From Gemmatimonadales bacterium (GTDB lineage: Bacteria > Gemmatimonadota > Gemmatimonadetes > Gemmatimonadales > GWC2-71-9): a DNA stretch of 40,155 nucleotides. Every line of letters begins with the position of its first letter. Within the stretch, counting starts at the first letter, position 1. The notes below the pieces were generated by a model that was not told the origin of the DNA, made no database searches, and saw nothing but the letters and a program-made list of their open reading frames with translations. Positions 10,030-18,799 of the stretch are shown piece by piece. Both the position numbers and the translations under genes were made by a program. Where the stretch lies: NCBI GenBank assembly GCA_041577295.1, contig JBFGJG010000039.1, forward strand, positions 1 to 40,155, given 5' to 3'.

Positions 10030-10142
10030 GGCATTCCTTTGATCAGCCGTATTGGCTTGATCGGCGGCAGCGGCGGGAGGTAATTCCACCACGGCTCCTC
10101 CCGTTGAGATTCTTACACCTTACTCCTCACTGCTCACCGCAG

Positions 10143-11525
10143 TCATATGAGCATTCCCGCCAAGCTCGCACTCATAAACGCGGCCAGGTTGCCACCAATC
10201 ATGGCGCGCACCCCAAGACGGGACAGGTCCCCCCGCCGCTCCGGGGCGATGCCTCCGATGCCGCCAATCTGGATCGCAATCGACGGCAGGTTAGCAAAGC
10301 CCAACAACGCGTAGGTTGCGATCACCGCACCACGCGGGGTGAGGGTATCTCCGACAGACAACGTGGCGGCCAGCTCGAGGTACGCGATGAACTCCGTGAG
10401 AACGGTCTTGACCCCGATCAGCGACCCGACATAGTCGGCGTCGGCCCACGGGACACCCATGAGCCAAGCCAGGGGAGCTAACACCCAACCAAAGATCTGC
10501 TCCAGGGTGAGCCCTTCGACGCCCACGATGCCACCGACAGCGCCTATCAGGTAGTTGATCATGGCTATGAGGGCGACGAACGCGATGAGCATGCCTGCGA
10601 CGTTGAGAGCCAACTGCATTCCCTGCGCCGCACCGCCGGCGGCGGCGTCGATGACGTTCGCTTCCTCTTTTGGTACATCGAGTCTTAGGGTTCCCTTGGT
10701 CACGGGCTCCGCGCGCTCTGGCACGAGGATCTTGGAGATGAGCAATGCTGCCGGCGCGTTCATGACGCTTGCAGTAAGCAGATGCCCCGCGATGTCCGAA
10801 AAGAACGGTGTGAGCATGGCTACATACGCAGCCATCACGCCGCCCGCGATCGTCGCAAACCCGCCCACCATCACGGTGTTGAGCTCGGAATCGGTCATCC
10901 GACCGACGAAAGGCTTGATGAGAAGCGGTGCCTCCGTTTGTCCGACGAAGATGTTCCCGGCCACCGATAGGGTCTCGGCGCCGGACGTCCGCATCGTGCG
11001 CTGCATCACCCAGGCTATCCCTTGCACGACCCGCTGCATCAGACCGAGGTAATAGAGCACGGACATGAGCGACGAGAAAAAGATGATGGTCGGCAGTACA
11101 CCGAACGCGAAGAATGCGCCGGTGTTGGCCCAGAACTCGACCGAGGTCAGCGGTGTGGAATCTCCCGGCGCACCGCTGACCGGGCCAACCGGCACGTTGT
11201 TCTTAACGATGTTCCCGAAGACAAACCGCGCCCCCTCCTCGGTGAAGCTCAACAGCTGGAGGAACACCGCGTTGGCGCCACGGAACAGTTGCCGTCCCAG
11301 CTCGGTCTTGAGCACGAGGAAGCCAAACGTGGCCTGCAAGGCGACACCGACACCAACCAGGCGCCAGCTGACCTTCCTACGGTCCACAGAGAGGGCCCAC
11401 GCGAGCAGGATCATCGTCGCCATACCGCCGAGGCCCATGAGGCGCTCGAGGAACGGCGTGTCGAGTCCCTCTCGTGTCGCCGCGAGCTGTTGACCGGCTT
11501 CTTGGAGGATCCAGAGCTCGCTCAT
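10143..11525 (-). CDS. nupC: CNT-family nucleoside transporter
   Basis: VLPTIIFFSSL, TSGAETL..AGNIFVGQTEAPL, GFATIAG, TEFIAY, GFANL.SIAIQIGG. Confidence 0.93.
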   Translation of the reverse strand: MSELWILQEAGQQLAATREGLDTPFLERLMGLGGMATMILLAWALSVDRRKVSWRLVGVGVALQATFGFLVLKTELGRQLFRGANAVFLQLLSFTEEGARFVFGNIVKNNVPVGPVSGAPGDSTPLTSVEFWANTGAFFAFGVLPTIIFFSSLMSVLYYLGLMQRVVQGIAWVMQRTMRTSGAETLSVAGNIFVGQTEAPLLIKPFVGRMTDSELNTVMVGGFATIAGGVMAAYVAMLTPFFSDIAGHLLTASVMNAPAALLISKILVPERAEPVTKGTLRLDVPKEEANVIDAAAGGAAQGMQLALNVAGMLIAFVALIAMINYLIGAVGGIVGVEGLTLEQIFGWVLAPLAWLMGVPWADADYVGSLIGVKTVLTEFIAYLELAATLSVGDTLTPRGAVIATYALLGFANLPSIAIQIGGIGGIAPERRGDLSRLGVRAMIGGNLAAFMSASLAGMLI

Positions 11526-12547
11526 TGAATCTCCTGGAGCTCTCGCCTGATTTGCGTCACGAGCTCGGCTTTCTCACCGTCCGGCAGGAACGAGCTCGCA
11601 AATCCGTTGAGGATGAGCCGGTCAATCTCTCGGCGATCACAACCCAACTCCGTATGAGCCAACCAGTACTCGTCGCTGAGCGTAATACCGTCCATCAGAC
11701 GGCTATCGGTGTTGAGGGTCACCACACAACCGCTATCCAGGTAGCGACGCATGGGGTGGTCAGCCACTCGCTCGACGGAGCGTGTGTGCAAATTCGACGT
11801 AAGACAGACTTCGAGGGGAATGCGTCGGTCGCGCACTTCCTCCTCGAGACGCGGATCCTCGAAGAGATGGGTTCCGTGGCCTATGCGCTGCGCGCCACAG
11901 ACGTGCAACGCCTGGCGAATGGAATTGGGTCCGTCACCCTCCCCGGCGTGGCAGGTACAGTGCAACCCATGTGATCGTGCGTATTCAAACGCTCGCGCAT
12001 GATCCACCGCGGGATGACCTTTTTCCGCGCCCGCCAGATCGAACGCCACAACGCCATCGTCTGCGTAATCGACTGCAAGCCGCGCGAGATCCTGCGAGAC
12101 TTTGGGAGGTAGGGTGCGCAAGCCGCAGATGATCAGTCGTGCCATCGTCCCCGTTTCCGCCTCAGCCCTGACAACTCCAGCAAGCGGCGCGTCGACCGCC
12201 TGCGTCAACGACAACGCCGGGGTATGGAGGGCTGGGCAGTACCGGACCTCGACGTAGCGAACGCCGTCCGCCGCCGAATCGATCACGAACTCGTAGGCGA
12301 TGCGCTCCATGGCATCGCGAGTCTGCATTACCGCCAGCGTGAACTGATACCGCTCCAGGTACTCCTCCAGGCTGTTGGCATCGCGCACGTACATCGCGCG
12401 AGCCAATTCCTCAGGCTCGTCCGCGGGCAGCGATACTCGTTGTTCACGGGCCAGCTCGAGCATCGTCGCTGGTCGGATGCACCCGTCGAGGTGCACGTGC
12501 AGCTCCGCTTTTGGGAGTCGGCGTATCAGCTCTCGCGTAATGGTCAT
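11522..12547 (-). CDS. add: adenosine deaminase
   Basis: LPKAELHVHLDG, YVEVR, FDLAGAE, HAGE, RIGHG, CLTSN, LNTD. Confidence 0.93.
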   Translation of the reverse strand: MTITRELIRRLPKAELHVHLDGCIRPATMLELAREQRVSLPADEPEELARAMYVRDANSLEEYLERYQFTLAVMQTRDAMERIAYEFVIDSAADGVRYVEVRYCPALHTPALSLTQAVDAPLAGVVRAEAETGTMARLIICGLRTLPPKVSQDLARLAVDYADDGVVAFDLAGAEKGHPAVDHARAFEYARSHGLHCTCHAGEGDGPNSIRQALHVCGAQRIGHGTHLFEDPRLEEEVRDRRIPLEVCLTSNLHTRSVERVADHPMRRYLDSGCVVTLNTDSRLMDGITLSDEYWLAHTELGCDRREIDRLILNGFASSFLPDGEKAELVTQIRRELQEIQ

Positions 12548-12786
12548 GGTGATTGGTTAGGCAGTGACTTTTCACCCCGCACCGAGCGCACCACGCGAAG
12601 GATGGCACCGTTGCTCAACGGCTCGGTGGGGTCGATCCGGCGGCCGACACCGTCGGTGAGGTAAGCGCCCGACTCGCCGACCAAGCGGGCCAACTCAGGG
12701 TCGAGCACCATTACAGCATCGAGCGCCGTAGCACCGGCACTCACGGTCACCGGTCGTTCGTTCACGAACACTCGGTCGCTGGTCAA
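12544..12786 (-). CDS. small ThiS/MoaD-like beta-grasp protein lacking C-terminal Gly-Gly
   Basis: VFVNERPVTVSAGATALDAV...GAILRVV; 4-nt overlaps with both neighbours; TTG start. Confidence 0.6.
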   Translation of the reverse strand: MTSDRVFVNERPVTVSAGATALDAVMVLDPELARLVGESGAYLTDGVGRRIDPTEPLSNGAILRVVRSVRGEKSLPNQSP

Positions 12787-15134
12787 CGAGCGATCCGAAA
12801 CCGTGGCGTGGGCGGTGCTTCCACCGGCTGAGCAGACACGTTCAAGAACGTGCGCAAGGCCTCGACTTCGGACAGACCCGTGTCCACCCGCGGCGCATCC
12901 TCCAGCGCGATCGTGACCCCGACCTGGGTGGGGACGAGAATCGCACCTGGAACAGGCACGAGCGACTCCGGCAACACCAAGTCATACTCGTCTCGATCCT
13001 GCAGCTTGTCGCCACCCGTGAGACGCACGTCGCGTACGCGGCGTCCTGCCGGTCGACTGGGATCGTACCGCACGGTGACACCGGAGACGTGAATAACCGG
13101 CTCCCCGTCATTGACCGCGTGCTCGAGCAACTCGCGCAGCAAGCGTCCGGATACGCGAACGCGTACCAGCATGCCGGGCTCTGCAATGACGCGCGCGACC
13201 TCGGCCTCGGATACGTGCCCGCTACGCAGTCCGGCGACCAGCCGGGCACTGTGAGCGATGGCAACGTGCGTTCGTGCCGCCCTTCGGTACGCATCGGCAA
13301 CCAACCGACCGAGCCCATGCTCCGCCCCTGCCAGCACGAGTGGCAACTTGATTTGGGCGACAGGGGCGGCGTTCGGCGCCGGAGCCTCGAACGGGAGATG
13401 GGGAGCAGGGTGAACAGGCACCAACGTATCCACAGCACCGGTGGGCTCCTCGGTCTCGACGACGACCCGCGCTGGAATGCCGAACGCCGCGCGGACTGCC
13501 GCGGCGGCGGCGGACGGCACGATGCGCCACGAGGGTTCGAAGTAGTCGGCCGCACGCAGGTAGCGCACGGTCTGTAAATGCTCCAGCAGGAGTTCCCGGA
13601 TGTCACCACCATCATACACCACCGGCAAGCCGCGAAGCATCTCGAATCCTCCCCCACCGCTCTGACGATAGCTGTTGAGAGCCAACGTAAACGTGTCTGT
13701 TGGTTGCACCGGAAGCCCTTTGAACGTCAGTTCTCGAATCCGTTCACCAAACGGCTTGGTCAAGTCAATCGCGTAATCCACGCCGCTGACGATGTCGAAG
13801 TTGAAGCCCGGAACGCTATCGTTGATGGGCGGCCGACCGTTTTCGTAGGTGTGGAAGTACCTCGCCGATTGCTCCAAGTACGCCTTGAGCACGGCACCGT
13901 CAATGCGAACGACCTTGAGGGTGTTCTCGTAGGGATACAGCCCGGCGACGTCTCGCAGGCGAATCTCTCCCGGTCCAAGCCTGGCGCGCGTGTTGAACGC
14001 CGCCGTAGCGGACAGCTGCGCGCTCCCCACGCGTCGCTGCACTTCGTTGACGAAGTCGATGACCGGTGTGTCCTCAGCACGGCCGGCCCACGCGCTCCAG
14101 TCACCGTCGACGACCTCCGCCAAAGGCTGACTCACCCAGCTACGGACACTCTCATGGGCGGAGGCGAGGCGACGGGTCACGACAGGGTCGGGGGGAACAT
14201 CAGCCAGAGGGATGGTTTCACCCGCGATCCCCAGCACACGGATGGCGGCGCGGCCACGGCGCTCGTCGGTCCGTCGTTCTAACAACACATGCGCAACCGC
14301 CAAGCCACGAGCGTGAGGCGGCGCCTGAACGAAATGCACACCGTTGATGACCGAGTCGGCCATCGTCCGGTGCGTGTGCCCCACGATTACTATGTGGGGG
14401 CGCACCGGGAGCGCGGCGAGACGAGCAGCGACGTTTTCTTCTCCTACCAGGGTTGTGTCGTAACTGGACGGACCATCCATCCCGCTGTGAATGATGGCGA
14501 TCCGCAGGTCGACACGCGCGTCAGCCAATGATTGCAGCGTCTTGGTTGCCTCGCTGAGTATTGGACGAACCAACACGCGACCGTCCAGATTCTCTCGGTC
14601 CCAGACCATTGCGCCTGGGGTGGTAAACCCCGTGATCCCGACTCGAACGTCTTGCCGCGTCACGACGACAAACGGCGCAAGTGCCAACGTGTCGCGCGGC
14701 ATCCGAAAGATGTTGGCCGAGACCAGGGGAAAAGCCGCGCCGCGCACCGCTCGAGAAAACAGGTCCAACCCAAAGTTGAACTCGTGATTCCCCGGCGTAG
14801 CCGCGTCGTACCCAACGACGTTCAACGCATCGATTACCGGATTGGGGTCGATCACCCGCTCTTCGGCAAAGAACGTGGCGAAGGGGCTCCCCTGAATGAG
14901 ATCGCCCGCGTCGAGCACAATGACACCGCCAGGAAAATCCCGACGCAGCGAGTCGATGAGGGTCGCGGCACGCGTGAGACCCCAAGGTGCTTCCTCGTCT
15001 CGCACGTAATCCCAGTGGTAGACGTGGCCGTGCACGTCGGTTGTCGCGACGATTACCACACGTACGGTGTCAATCGCCTCTTGTGGGAGGCCCACCAGCG
15101 CGGTAACGAGAACGAGGGGCAGAGCCGGGGTCAT
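12783..15134 (-). CDS. exported 2',3'-cyclic-nucleotide phosphodiesterase/5'-nucleotidase family protein with two C-terminal domains
   Basis: TTDVHG, DAGDLIQG, GNHEFNFG, HSG, GHTH, YPYEN, FNFDIVSGVDY, NSYRQSGGG; ATG 15134 starts a signal-like peptide (upstream starts would overlap phoB). Confidence 0.88.
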   Translation of the reverse strand: MTPALPLVLVTALVGLPQEAIDTVRVVIVATTDVHGHVYHWDYVRDEEAPWGLTRAATLIDSLRRDFPGGVIVLDAGDLIQGSPFATFFAEERVIDPNPVIDALNVVGYDAATPGNHEFNFGLDLFSRAVRGAAFPLVSANIFRMPRDTLALAPFVVVTRQDVRVGITGFTTPGAMVWDRENLDGRVLVRPILSEATKTLQSLADARVDLRIAIIHSGMDGPSSYDTTLVGEENVAARLAALPVRPHIVIVGHTHRTMADSVINGVHFVQAPPHARGLAVAHVLLERRTDERRGRAAIRVLGIAGETIPLADVPPDPVVTRRLASAHESVRSWVSQPLAEVVDGDWSAWAGRAEDTPVIDFVNEVQRRVGSAQLSATAAFNTRARLGPGEIRLRDVAGLYPYENTLKVVRIDGAVLKAYLEQSARYFHTYENGRPPINDSVPGFNFDIVSGVDYAIDLTKPFGERIRELTFKGLPVQPTDTFTLALNSYRQSGGGGFEMLRGLPVVYDGGDIRELLLEHLQTVRYLRAADYFEPSWRIVPSAAAAAVRAAFGIPARVVVETEEPTGAVDTLVPVHPAPHLPFEAPAPNAAPVAQIKLPLVLAGAEHGLGRLVADAYRRAARTHVAIAHSARLVAGLRSGHVSEAEVARVIAEPGMLVRVRVSGRLLRELLEHAVNDGEPVIHVSGVTVRYDPSRPAGRRVRDVRLTGGDKLQDRDEYDLVLPESLVPVPGAILVPTQVGVTIALEDAPRVDTGLSEVEALRTFLNVSAQPVEAPPTPRFRIAR

Positions 15135-15246
15135 GTGCGTGGAGCAATCTGTCCGTGATCCGGCGTGGATGCAATTCCCACAGGCCGCTGGAAGGTGAGA
15201 CTTATCGGGATGTATATTCGGCCCGTACCCGTTGTCCGGGATGGTC

Positions 15247-15951
15247 ATGACGTATCGTGTTCTCGTAGTCGACGATGAGCCAGACATCACGGCACTCGTC
15301 GCCTATCACCTCGCCAAAAACGGTTATCGCGTTTCGACTGCCGACAACGGCACCGACGCACTCAAAAACGCGGAGAACGAGCAGCCCGATCTAGTCGTGC
15401 TGGACCTCATGTTGCCGGGGATTTCCGGCTTCGACGTGTTGCAGGAGCTGCGTCGTCGGCAAGACACCGCTCAGATCGGCGTCATTGTGCTGACCGCACG
15501 GCGCGAAGAGGGCGACCGGATCAAGGGACTCACCCTGGGGGCAGACGATTACCTGATCAAACCGTTCTCACCGCAGGAGCTGGTGCTCAGAGTCGCTGCA
15601 GTGCTCCGCCGTCTCCAGTCGCCCGCCGTGAGCTCCGGATCGAAGTTCGTGGCCGGCCCCATCACCATTGACCGCGGGGCGCACCGCGTACGGGTCGACG
15701 ACAAAGACATCAGTCTCACCGCCACGGAGTACAAGTTGCTACTCACGCTGGCCGAGCGTCGTGGGCGCATCCAGTCCCGCGGGCAACTGCTCGAGACGGT
15801 GTGGGATGCCAATCCGGACATTCAGACCCGGACCGTCGACATGCATATTCAGCGGCTACGCACCAAGCTCGGCGCAGGCGCAGAGTATCTCGAAACGGTT
15901 CGCGGGTTTGGTTATCGCTTTCGTGCGGATACCCCCTCGGGAGTGAAGTAG
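15247..15951 (+). CDS. phoB: OmpR/PhoB-family response regulator
   Basis: VLVVDDE, LDLMLP, GADDYLIKPFS, RTVDMHIQRLRTKL, ETVRGFGY; context with phoR/pst/phoU (alternative ATG 15241). Confidence 0.85.
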   Translation: MTYRVLVVDDEPDITALVAYHLAKNGYRVSTADNGTDALKNAENEQPDLVVLDLMLPGISGFDVLQELRRRQDTAQIGVIVLTARREEGDRIKGLTLGADDYLIKPFSPQELVLRVAAVLRRLQSPAVSSGSKFVAGPITIDRGAHRVRVDDKDISLTATEYKLLLTLAERRGRIQSRGQLLETVWDANPDIQTRTVDMHIQRLRTKLGAGAEYLETVRGFGYRFRADTPSGVK

Positions 15952-17675
15952 TGAGGCTCTTTACTCGGCTCCTCCTCGGCGCCGTAGGGATCCTCACGCT
16001 GTCGACAGCCGTGTTGCTCTACGCCAGCAATCGCTGGCTGCGCGAAGGCCTGAACGAGGCCTTCGCGGAGGAGCTCGAAAAACAGGCACGCCTCGTTGCA
16101 GCGGCACTCGCCACGCGGCCCACCGATCTGAACATGGCAGCCCATCGGTATGGGGCGATGCTCGGACGACGCGTGACATTCATTGCTCCCGACGGTACCG
16201 TGCTCGGCGACTCGGACTTTGACGACGCGAGCCTGGCGCTGCTCGACAACCACCGCTCACGACCGGAGATCCAGGAGGCGCTCGCGGGTCGCGTGGGGGT
16301 TCACCAACGCCTCAGCGCCTCGACGGACCGTCAGGAGTTGAAGGTGGCAGTCCCCGCGTGGCCTGGCACCGTGCGCGTCTCTGCGCCCCTCGAGCAGCTC
16401 GACGCGCTCCAGGCGCGCGTTGCCCGCGCGATTCTGCTCGCCGCGCTCGCCGCACTCGCCTTTGGAGTCGTGCTTACTGCCATTGCGGCGCGCGCGGTCG
16501 CCCGGCCCGTGCGCCGACTCGCCGAAGCGGCACAGCAGGCAGCCACCGGCCGTGTCCCGACCTACCCCACTTCCTCTACCCCAGAGGTCACAGAGGTGGT
16601 GCGCTCAGTTCACTCTATGCAAGAACAGTTGACCGCGCGGATCGCCGAATTGCACCACGAACGCGAGGAGACCATCGCCCTGATCGAGTCCATGGAGCAA
16701 GGAGTATTGGCGGCGAGTGCCAAGGGTGATCTCCTGCTCGCAAACCCTTCAGCGCGTCGCCTGCTCGGCTTCGGCGCGGGCGACGCGCTGCCGAACCTAC
16801 GGGAACTGTTCCATCGACTAGAGGCCAGGGAAATCGTGGACCGCGGGCTCGCCGGCGAGATCGTGGCCGGAGAGGAAGTGCAGTACAATGGGCATTCCAT
16901 TCTCATGACTGCACACCCCCTCCCTGGGGGCGGCGTGGTACTTGGCCTGATCGATACAACAGACCTCAAACGACTCGAAGTCGTTCGACGGGACTTCGTC
17001 GCCAATGTGTCGCACGAGCTGAAGACGCCGCTGACGAGCATCATTGGCTACGCCGAGACGCTCCTGGGCGAGCAGGCGACCGATGCCGAACGACAACGCT
17101 TCGTCGAGACGATTGTTGATAACGCCTACCGGATGCAACGGCTGGTTGACGATCTTCTCGATCTCGCCCGCCTCGAGTCAGGAGGCTGGGCGCCGAACTA
17201 CGAGCGAGTCGATTTGCGGAGCGCAACTCAGAATGCTTGGAGCCATTTCGAAAAAACCGCTCGGACAAAAAGCATCGCCTTCGACATCGAGATACCCGCT
17301 GGAGTGACCGTGGATACCGATGCCCAAGCGCTGGGCCAAATCCTCGACAATCTCCTTGACAACGCGTTGCGGCATACGCTGCAGGGTGGGTCGATCTCAG
17401 TCGGTGTAGTTCAAAGCTATGGGGAGTTGGAGCTCACCGTGAGCGACACCGGTATCGGGATTCCGGCGACTCACATTCCGCGCGTCTTCGAACGGTTTTA
17501 CCGGGTTGACCCGGGTCGTTCACGCGGAGAAGGAGGCACGGGACTCGGACTCGCGATCGTCAAACACCTCGTGGAGGCGCAGGGCGGGCGTGTGGCACTC
17601 GAGAGCGTCGTGGGAAAAGGCACCACGGTGCGCATCCATCTCCCCGCGAGGATCCCGAGCCCTACCAGCACCTAG
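15951..17675 (+). CDS. phoR: phosphate-regulon sensor histidine kinase
   Basis: Two TMs, NH.SRPE sensor motif, HAMP/PAS-like region, RRDFVANVSHELKTPL, NLLDNA, DTGIGI, FERFYRVD..RSR..GGTGLGLAIVKH. Confidence 0.88.
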   Translation: MRLFTRLLLGAVGILTLSTAVLLYASNRWLREGLNEAFAEELEKQARLVAAALATRPTDLNMAAHRYGAMLGRRVTFIAPDGTVLGDSDFDDASLALLDNHRSRPEIQEALAGRVGVHQRLSASTDRQELKVAVPAWPGTVRVSAPLEQLDALQARVARAILLAALAALAFGVVLTAIAARAVARPVRRLAEAAQQAATGRVPTYPTSSTPEVTEVVRSVHSMQEQLTARIAELHHEREETIALIESMEQGVLAASAKGDLLLANPSARRLLGFGAGDALPNLRELFHRLEAREIVDRGLAGEIVAGEEVQYNGHSILMTAHPLPGGGVVLGLIDTTDLKRLEVVRRDFVANVSHELKTPLTSIIGYAETLLGEQATDAERQRFVETIVDNAYRMQRLVDDLLDLARLESGGWAPNYERVDLRSATQNAWSHFEKTARTKSIAFDIEIPAGVTVDTDAQALGQILDNLLDNALRHTLQGGSISVGVVQSYGELELTVSDTGIGIPATHIPRVFERFYRVDPGRSRGEGGTGLGLAIVKHLVEAQGGRVALESVVGKGTTVRIHLPARIPSPTST

Positions 17676-17773
17676 ACCTCGGCCCGCTCGCACGGTCGAA
17701 CGTTGCGGCCAGGGCGCATCCCCGTTGGATCAAGACTGCAGAAGTACCGCTATCATAGAAACTTTCGCGATTC

Positions 17774-17813
17774 GTTACGGTCGCGCTACGACGACGTCAC
17801 GCCGTTGTGACAT
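17774..17813 (+). promoter_or_regulatory. PHO-box-like direct-repeat array 1
   Basis: GTTACGG/GCTACGA/GTCACGC/GTGACAT starting at 17774, 17785, 17796, 17807 (11-bp period). Confidence 0.6.
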
Positions 17814-17863
17814 TCCCCCTGCAAAGTGGATGAGGATCGACTGAACACGCAAGAGAGGATTTC

Positions 17864-18139
17864 ATGCCATCGACATCAATCATTGCGGCGACGGCGCTCG
17901 CGTAGAGCACCGACGTTCCCGGACACCGCCTGCATGCCCAGACCCAGTCCGCGACTGCCTCACCGCCGGCCGGCAAGATTCTCGGGCGTGTCGCGGATAC
18001 CTCGGGTGGGCGTCGTGCTCGACTGATCGCAGCACAGCGATCACGACTTCGTCGTTCGAGTGATTTGGCAAAGCATGACCGAACGCCTCACGCACTCCTC
18101 GTCGGTGCACCCAACTACCTGGGTGGTCATACGAAGTGA
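17864..18139 (+). pseudogene. probable remnant of an exported protein (TonB-dependent-receptor-like N-terminus) with in-frame TAG
   Basis: AGAGAGGA RBS, then MPSTSIIAATALA*STDVPGHRLHAQTQSATASPPAGKILGRVADTSGGR..., TAG at 17903-17905, TGA at 18137-18139. Confidence 0.45.
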
Positions 18140-18162
18140 GATGGCGGGTTACGAGACCGCAG

Positions 18163-18405
18163 TGTCGCTCGGCATCCGCGTGTTGCGAGTCCGCAATGGG
18201 TCGATGCGAGCTTGCAGCCGGCGAATGTCATCAGGCAGACGCCGGATGACAGCTTGCAGGTGGCCGACGTCAGCACGCACACCGGGGATGCGACGTGACA
18301 GCTGGCAGATGTACGGTTGCAAACGCCCATTGTTACGCCGCAGACCGCGAATGTCACGTTGCACATGCCCGATGCGACGTGGCAAAGGCTCGATGTGAGC
18401 TTACA
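18163..18405. repeat. degenerate 21-bp tandem array, 12 units, each with a TG-N8-CA 12-mer
   Basis: 12-mers start every 21 bp from 18163 to 18394; all 12 end in CA and 11 start with TG. Confidence 0.85.
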
Positions 18406-18607
18406 ATCGATCGATGTATTTGGAAGGCATCGGCGTCACAAGTGGCTCTACGGCAGCGTATTAGATCACGTCAGTTTGTGCGGCTTCACGGCGAGCAACC
18501 GGTGCTTCGACGACTGCCGCGGATCATCGGACGACTTCGCCATTACCCCGCCTCGTTCGTCCGGGCGTGCTCACGTCACGCAGTTGGCTGGATCGAGGAA
18601 GTGTCCC

Positions 18608-18647
18608 GTTACACGGCTGTGACGCGGTTGTTACACACGAGTTTACA
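18608..18647 (+). promoter_or_regulatory. PHO-box-like direct-repeat array 2 upstream of pstS
   Basis: GTTACAC/GTGACGC/GTTACAC/GTTTACA at 18608, 18619, 18630, 18641; an extra in-phase GTCACGC at 18575. Confidence 0.7.
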
Positions 18648-18799
18648 GGGTAGCGCCACGGTTTGCGCCGAGTATTTTTCCGGCAATCAAACTGCCGGCT
18701 GTGCGTCTCGTGACCAGTGATTTCCGCGGCGCGTGTAGGTGCCCCCATCATTCGTCGGTCCCAGAATCGACAGCATCAATCCGTACACAAGAGGTTTGC

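Noticed and set aside
15135..15950. Long N-terminal extensions in the ORF track (nucleotidase from 15290, phoR from 15801; likewise pstS 18701, dnaK 26442, ctaB 31532)
   Set aside because: They overlap neighbours or promoters; downstream starts have better RBS or coupling.
17903..17905. TAG as pyrrolysine or recoded stop
   Set aside because: TAG terminates many normal genes here (phoB, phoR, pstS, dnaK); no pyl genes seen; the downstream frame is short.
18163..18405. 21-bp array as a CRISPR array or DGR template
   Set aside because: Units are too short and degenerate, spacers are only 9 bp, and there is no cas or reverse transcriptase gene and no second near-identical copy in the window.
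17826..18751. Track ORFs in the phoR-pstS gap (e.g. 18060-18398, 18127-18366, 18295-18720, 18317-18622) as genes
   Set aside because: They overlap each other in several frames with no recognisable motifs; expected from GC-rich periodic sequence.
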